This document shows positions 59,398 to 64,000 of a stretch of 64,000 bases of DNA, piece after piece. The stretch is from a bacterium (GTDB taxonomy: Bacteria; UBA10199; 2-02-FULL-44-16; JAAZCA01). The notes beneath the pieces were generated by a model. The model was not told the DNA's origin. It saw only the letters and a list, made by a program, of their open reading frames with translations, and searched no databases. The first letter of the stretch is position 1. The number at the start of each line of letters is the position of its first letter. The DNA lies in contig CAXXGI010000003.1 in assembly GCA_963674695.2 (NCBI GenBank), forward strand, positions 544,001 through 608,000, given 5' to 3'. A program made the translations under genes and the position numbers.

Positions 59398-59697
59398 TCA
59401 CTTCCAGGGGACGTTCACCTCGCCGAATTTTTTCCAGCGCATCTTTTTCTGATGGGGGTCCCAACAGCGCTGACCGTCCTTGGCCATCGAACAGGGACAA
59501 GCGTTGTTCTTGATGCCATAGTGACAAGCCTTGGGTTTGGCCGGCGATTGCCAATTATCGCGCGTGTGCGTGCTGGCCTCGGTTCGCTCCTGGACGGTCG
59601 GGGGCGAAACGGCGCCGGCATCCCCCACGGCAACCGTCGCCACGATCGGCAGCATGAGCGTTGTCATCAGGATCAGGCAGACGAGATTTCGTATCAT
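59398..59697 (-). CDS. Small secreted Cys-containing hypothetical protein
   Basis: AGGAGG RBS, signal peptide, four Cys in the mature part. Confidence 0.65.
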   Translation of the reverse strand: MIRNLVCLILMTTLMLPIVATVAVGDAGAVSPPTVQERTEASTHTRDNWQSPAKPKACHYGIKNNACPCSMAKDGQRCWDPHQKKMRWKKFGEVNVPWK

Positions 59698-59707
59698 CAC
59701 ATCCTCC

Positions 59708-60124
59708 TTAGCGTACGAATTGAATGACGAGGTGCACCGCCCACTGCAGGATGAGTGCCCCCAAGAAAACGGCAATCAGGAAATCGCGCTGGCCCTGTGT
59801 CAGCAATGTCCGTGGCCAACGCCCGACGATCACGGCAAAGAGCGCGCGTCCGAAGAGAGAGACGAGCCAAAGGGCGATGATGATTCCCAATGGATGCGCA
59901 TCGATGCTCGTTCGGATCTCTCCCCGCATGAGGGCGATGAATGCGGTGGTCAGGCCGCAGCCCGGACAGGGTACGCCCAGGAAATGACGAACGGCGCAGG
60001 TCGGAATGGCTTCGATCCGGGGAAAGCGCGGCAAGAACCACGCAACACAAAAAAGGGCCGGGACGCCCATCAGGACACCCCAGCCCTCTATTACCATTTG
60101 TCTGCGCGAAAGCGCCCTCTCCAT
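59708..60124 (-). CDS. DUF2752 family membrane protein
   Basis: C....GVPCPGCGLTTAF...G....S...HPL motif. Confidence 0.85.
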   Translation of the reverse strand: MERALSRRQMVIEGWGVLMGVPALFCVAWFLPRFPRIEAIPTCAVRHFLGVPCPGCGLTTAFIALMRGEIRTSIDAHPLGIIIALWLVSLFGRALFAVIVGRWPRTLLTQGQRDFLIAVFLGALILQWAVHLVIQFVR

Positions 60125-60126
60125 GA

Positions 60127-60564
60127 TCAGCCCAGTCCGACCTTTTTGGCGGCAAAATCACCGATGACCGGAATTCTCCAGCGCTCGCCCTGGTAGGCCT
60201 TCACCAGACAGACGACCCAGAGGACGAAGGCGGCGAGCATGACCAGCGGAATGAAAAATCCGATGATGATGCCCAGCACGCTGGCGATGAGCCCCATGAT
60301 GCCCGCGAGGATCTCGAGTGCGATGACGATGGCGATATAGGCCACGCCAAAGATGAGCGACTGCCAGGCGTGAAACTTGACGTCCTGGTTCTCCTTCTCG
60401 ATAAGGAGAAAGATGATGCTCGTGATCGGCGCGCAGATATAACAAAGAAGGCTGGCGATATTCGGTGCAAGCCCCGTTCCCTGGCTCCCTGCCGGCGGTG
60501 GCGGGGACGATGGCGGTGGCATGTTTCCGGTGGGCGGTGTTGGTGTCTGTCCGGCACTTCTCAT
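60127..60564 (-). CDS. DUF4870 family membrane protein
   Basis: GLAPNIASLLCY, VKFHAWQS, KAYQGE.WRIPVIG. Confidence 0.88.
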   Translation of the reverse strand: MRSAGQTPTPPTGNMPPPSSPPPPAGSQGTGLAPNIASLLCYICAPITSIIFLLIEKENQDVKFHAWQSLIFGVAYIAIVIALEILAGIMGLIASVLGIIIGFFIPLVMLAAFVLWVVCLVKAYQGERWRIPVIGDFAAKKVGLG

Positions 60565-60677
60565 AAATTCCCCCTTTTGTTCATCGAATTGGCGGTATTG
60601 TGCCGAATATCAATGCGTTATGCAATACTAATTCAGAAGGCTGCAAGACATTCTCGCATCCGATCGTACTCAGCAGA

Positions 60678-60746
60678 GTCATTCCCGCGAAGGCGGGAAT
60701 CTCGATGTACCGTAAAGAGCGAGATTCCCGCCTTCGCGGGAATGAC
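60678..60746. repeat. REP-like palindrome doublet
   Basis: gtcattcccgcgaaggcgggaatctc...gagattcccgccttcgcgggaatgac. Confidence 0.85.
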
Positions 60747-60756
60747 AAACTTCTTG

Positions 60757-62538
60757 TCATCTCTCCTGATAAAGCCCCTCCAGTGCCTCGCTGTATTTTT
60801 CGCAGATCGCCTTGCGCCTGACCTTCATGCTGGGGGTCAGCTCTCCCCCTTCGATCGTGAAGGGTTCATCGAGGATGATGAAGCGCTTGACCGTCTCGTA
60901 GGCGGAGAGCCCCTCATTACCGCGCTGCACGACTTCCTCGACGAGCCTTTGAACCTCCGGATGTTGCGAGAGCGGTTCTTTATCGCGAAGGGGGATCCCC
61001 CTCTCCCTCAGGATTGAGCGCACGCCCTCCTCGTTGAGGGTGATGAGCGCGGAGATGAACCGGCGCCCTTCTCCACAGAGGAGAAAATGGTCGATCAGCG
61101 GCGAGGCACTCATGACCCGCTCGATCGGCTGTGGAGCGACGTTCTTGCCGCCAGCGGTGATGATGATGTCCTTGCATCGGCCGGTGATACGGATGAAGCC
61201 GTCGCGCGAATACTCCCCGAGATCGCCGGTGCGAAACCAGCCATCCTCGGTGAAGGCCGTGCGCGTCTCCTCCGGAAGCCCGAGATATTCGCGAAAGACC
61301 GTGGGGCCGCGGATGAGCAACTCACCCTCTTTGGAGATGGTCAGCTCCACCCCCGGCAGGGGTTTGCCCACCGTTCCGAAATGGTAATCGTCCGGACTGT
61401 TGACCGTTGCCGCGGCAAAGGTCTCGGTGAGACCATATCCTTCCTGCACGAGGATGCCGACGGCATGGAAGAACTCCGCGATCTCCTGCGGGAGGTAGGC
61501 GCCACCACAGATAAAGGTGTGCAATCGGCCCCCGAGTCGTCTCCGAAGGCGGCGAAAGAAGAGCAGGTCGGCCAGGCGCCAGCGAAGCGCAAGCCAGGTC
61601 CCGACGGGCCGGTGCTTTTGGAGCAACTGGCTGCGCTTTCGGCCGATGGCGAGTGACCATGTCACGAGTTGCCGAAACGGCGTGGCCAGCCCCTGCCGGT
61701 AGATACCGACGTTCTCGTAGATCTTCTCGAGCATGCGGGGAACGGCACAGACAAAATGCGGGCGTGTCTCGACATAATTCTCGGCGAGCTTGGCGATGCT
61801 CTCGGCAAAGACCGCTTCGCACCCCTGGATCAGCTGATAGAACTGCATCATGCGCCCCAGGACGTGTGCCAGCGGGAGGCAGAGAAGGCCCACATCCGTG
61901 GTGGCGAAGCGAAAGACCTCCTGGTCGGCACGAATCTCCGCCTGCAGGTTTCCATGCGACAGGACGACCCCCTTGAGCCGTCCGGTCGTGCCGCTGGTAT
62001 AGACGATCGTGGCGATCTCCTCGCTGGAGATCCCATGGAGAAACGACTCGATCTGGCAGCGGTCGTCATCGGTCGCCTCTTGTTCCAGATCGAGCATCGT
62101 CCGATATTCCGCTATCGGTTTGAGGGTGAACAGGGGAATGGACGACAATGCGGGATCCGATGCGACGGCCCCCTGATACGTGCGCAAAAGGCCTTCATCC
62201 TCGACGATCGCCATCGAGGGCTCTGAATCCTTCAGGATATGGGCCACCCCCTCGGCATTCAACGAGGGGTAGATCGGTACGGTGACACCGCCCGCAGCGA
62301 GAATGGCGCAGTCGGCCTGGGTCCACCCGAGGCAGGTCTGGGCGAAGAGGACGACCCGCTCTCCGCGTTTGAGCCCTATTTTTTTGAGACTCGCGGCCTG
62401 ACCCAGGATGGACTGGGCCATCTGCGTCCAGTTCAGGGTCTGCCACGCCCCTGCCTCCTTGAAGCGGACGCAGGGATTTGAGCCTCTTCTCCCAGCGGTC
62501 TCCAGAAAGGCGGCGATGACGTTTTCGCTCCTGCTCAT
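60757..62538 (-). CDS. Long-chain fatty acid--CoA ligase
   Basis: YTSGTTG, LPLAH, EGYGLTE, WFRTGDLG, GGKNVAP, ELTPSMK. Confidence 0.93.
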   Translation of the reverse strand: MSRSENVIAAFLETAGRRGSNPCVRFKEAGAWQTLNWTQMAQSILGQAASLKKIGLKRGERVVLFAQTCLGWTQADCAILAAGGVTVPIYPSLNAEGVAHILKDSEPSMAIVEDEGLLRTYQGAVASDPALSSIPLFTLKPIAEYRTMLDLEQEATDDDRCQIESFLHGISSEEIATIVYTSGTTGRLKGVVLSHGNLQAEIRADQEVFRFATTDVGLLCLPLAHVLGRMMQFYQLIQGCEAVFAESIAKLAENYVETRPHFVCAVPRMLEKIYENVGIYRQGLATPFRQLVTWSLAIGRKRSQLLQKHRPVGTWLALRWRLADLLFFRRLRRRLGGRLHTFICGGAYLPQEIAEFFHAVGILVQEGYGLTETFAAATVNSPDDYHFGTVGKPLPGVELTISKEGELLIRGPTVFREYLGLPEETRTAFTEDGWFRTGDLGEYSRDGFIRITGRCKDIIITAGGKNVAPQPIERVMSASPLIDHFLLCGEGRRFISALITLNEEGVRSILRERGIPLRDKEPLSQHPEVQRLVEEVVQRGNEGLSAYETVKRFIILDEPFTIEGGELTPSMKVRRKAICEKYSEALEGLYQER

Positions 62539-62569
62539 ATCTCTTTCCCCCCGTAGATCTCCTCGAAAA

Positions 62570-62962
62570 TCAGCGAAAGGCATCGAGGAGGCACTCGATC
62601 TGCACTTCATCAGCCGCAAATACGATCCCAATTACATCGTAATAACAAGGCGGTAGATCGTTACCGTTAAAGCTCTTTCTGTGCTGTGTGAGGTAGCACT
62701 GCGCCGCGATTCGGATCCGTTTTCGCTTTCGTTCGGTGACGGTCTCGAAGGGGGTAATCGGACTCCTGGCCCCACGGGAACGAACCTCGACGAAATGGAG
62801 CTCATCGTCCCGGCGAGCGACGATATCGATTTCTCCGCGTCGATACCTCACATTTCGTTCCACAATGCGAAATCCGCGCTCCATAAGGTAGTCTGCGGCG
62901 ATCTGCTCAGCCCGCGCACCTGAGGCGGCACGGCCACCGAGCCCGCCACAGGCCGAATTCAC
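62570..62962 (-). CDS. yraN: YraN family putative endonuclease
   Basis: G..AE..A..YL...G..I.ERN....GEIDIVA......FVEVRSR; start uncertain (GTG 62962). Confidence 0.88.
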   Translation of the reverse strand: MNSACGGLGGRAASGARAEQIAADYLMERGFRIVERNVRYRRGEIDIVARRDDELHFVEVRSRGARSPITPFETVTERKRKRIRIAAQCYLTQHRKSFNGNDLPPCYYDVIGIVFAADEVQIECLLDAFR

Positions 62963-63026
62963 TTGTGTTTCCTGGCGCTTCCTGATAATCCCCGCGCACT
63001 TTTTCGATTGTTTCAGGAGGAATCTC

Positions 63027-63215
63027 ATGCCGCGTCAATGTGCTCTCTGTAAAAAAGGACCGCTCTTCGGTCACAATGTTTCGCATGCGAACAACAAGAC
63101 CCCAAAGGTATCGCGACCGAATCTTCAGCGTCGCCGTGTCGATATCAATGGAACCGTCAAACGTGTGGCGATCTGCACGCGCTGCCTGCGTACGGGTGCG
63201 GCCAAGATCGTGTAA
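63027..63215 (+). CDS. rpmB: 50S ribosomal protein L28
   Basis: CALCKK...[11 protein letters not shown]....PNLQ...CTRCLR. Confidence 0.95.
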   Translation: MPRQCALCKKGPLFGHNVSHANNKTPKVSRPNLQRRRVDINGTVKRVAICTRCLRTGAAKIV

Positions 63216-63261
63216 TCGTTCAAGAGTTCCTGTCCGAAACAAAGCGTTTTTGCCGATCGGT

Positions 63262-63330
63262 GTCATTCCCGCGGAGGCGGGAATCTCGAAGTGCTTGAAA
63301 AATCGAGATTCCCGCCTCCGCGGGAATGAC
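63262..63330. repeat. REP-like palindrome doublet
   Basis: gtcattcccgcggaggcgggaatctc...gagattcccgcctccgcgggaatgac. Confidence 0.85.
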
Positions 63331-63368
63331 ACCCAAACTCTAGGAACTCAAGAACACAATCTTGGCTC

Positions 63369-64000
63369 TTACCCTCTCACGCGATCCACGGATATAATTC
63401 CCTTCACACGCTCCATCGCCTTGATGATTTGGCGCAATTGCGTCAAATCGCGGATTTCTACGTCAAAATCGTTTGTGGCGGTCTTGTCATCGTTGATGTG
63501 AATGGAGGCACCGGCGATATTGCTTCCCTGTTCGGTGATCGCCTCCGTCATCTTAGTCAGCATGCCCTGCTGATCGACGCAGACGACACGAATGCGCGCC
63601 ACGCGTGTGGCGGCATTTGATTTCTCCCACTCGACATTGATCAGGCGTTCGGGATCCTGGCCGAGCACCTTGGGACAGTCGCTCACATGGATGGAGACCC
63701 CGCGCCCACGGGTGACATAGCCGATGATCGGGTCGCCCGGAACGGGATTGCAGCACTTGCCAAAACTGACCAGCATATCCCCCATGCCGCCGACCTTCAC
63801 CAACCCCCGCGGGCGCTTGAGACGCCGCACGAGCTTGCCGATGACCGATTCTTTCTCCTTCTTCTGATCATCCGTTCGCAGCGCTTCCGGTGGCACAAAC
63901 AGAGCCACAATCTGGAGCGGCGAAAACTTTCCATAGCCGACGGCGGCGAGAATGGCCTCGGCATCATTATAAGAGGAACGATCAGCGAACTCCTTGAGTT
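63369..64000 (-). CDS. relA: RelA/SpoT (p)ppGpp synthetase/hydrolase, C-terminal part
   Basis: KCCNPVPGDPIIGYVTRGRGVSIH..DC followed by an ACT domain; truncated by the window edge. Confidence 0.93.
   Translation of the reverse strand, partial: LKEFADRSSYNDAEAILAAVGYGKFSPLQIVALFVPPEALRTDDQKKEKESVIGKLVRRLKRPRGLVKVGGMGDMLVSFGKCCNPVPGDPIIGYVTRGRGVSIHVSDCPKVLGQDPERLINVEWEKSNAATRVARIRVVCVDQQGMLTKMTEAITEQGSNIAGASIHINDDKTATNDFDVEIRDLTQLRQIIKAMERVKGIISVDRVRG

Noticed and set aside
60590-60606. sigma54 promoter upstream of the DUF4870 gene
   Set aside because: The GG and GC dinucleotides are one base too close for the strict -24/-12 spacing.

Overview
A GC-rich chromosomal segment of a deltaproteobacterial-type bacterium. 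The lineage is inferred from a MYXO-CTERM-like sorting signal and the gene repertoire, and is not certain. The backbone is housekeeping: nnr-acpS-pdxJ-glmM-folP-ftsH-tilS, miaB, glnD, an amidase, mutS, ihfB-sppA-rpsA, tRNA-Gly-pgsA, nadB, dnaJ/dnaK, rsmI-nadE, an acyl-CoA ligase, yraN, rpmB and the 3' end of relA/spoT. Two layers stand out. (1) A set of orphan genes shares a promoter-like motif CAAC-N15-17-CCGATAA, whose -10 part resembles the sigma28/FliA box. It occurs six times, always just upstream of an orphan gene or operon. Its most striking member is a tandemly duplicated three-gene cassette (29.66-33.0 kb) of small proteins, each with one hydrophobic segment, a Gln/Lys-rich coiled coil and a related basic/aromatic C-terminal tail. 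This is a candidate undescribed three-component secreted or membrane-inserting system. (2) The window is dense in small non-autonomous DNA elements: about 20 GTCAT-tagged REP-like palindrome loci, several MITEs with terminal inverted repeats and target duplications, and 7/8-nt tandem arrays. Some of these sit in frame inside miaB or supply stop codons. No transposase, phage, CRISPR array or reverse transcriptase is visible.
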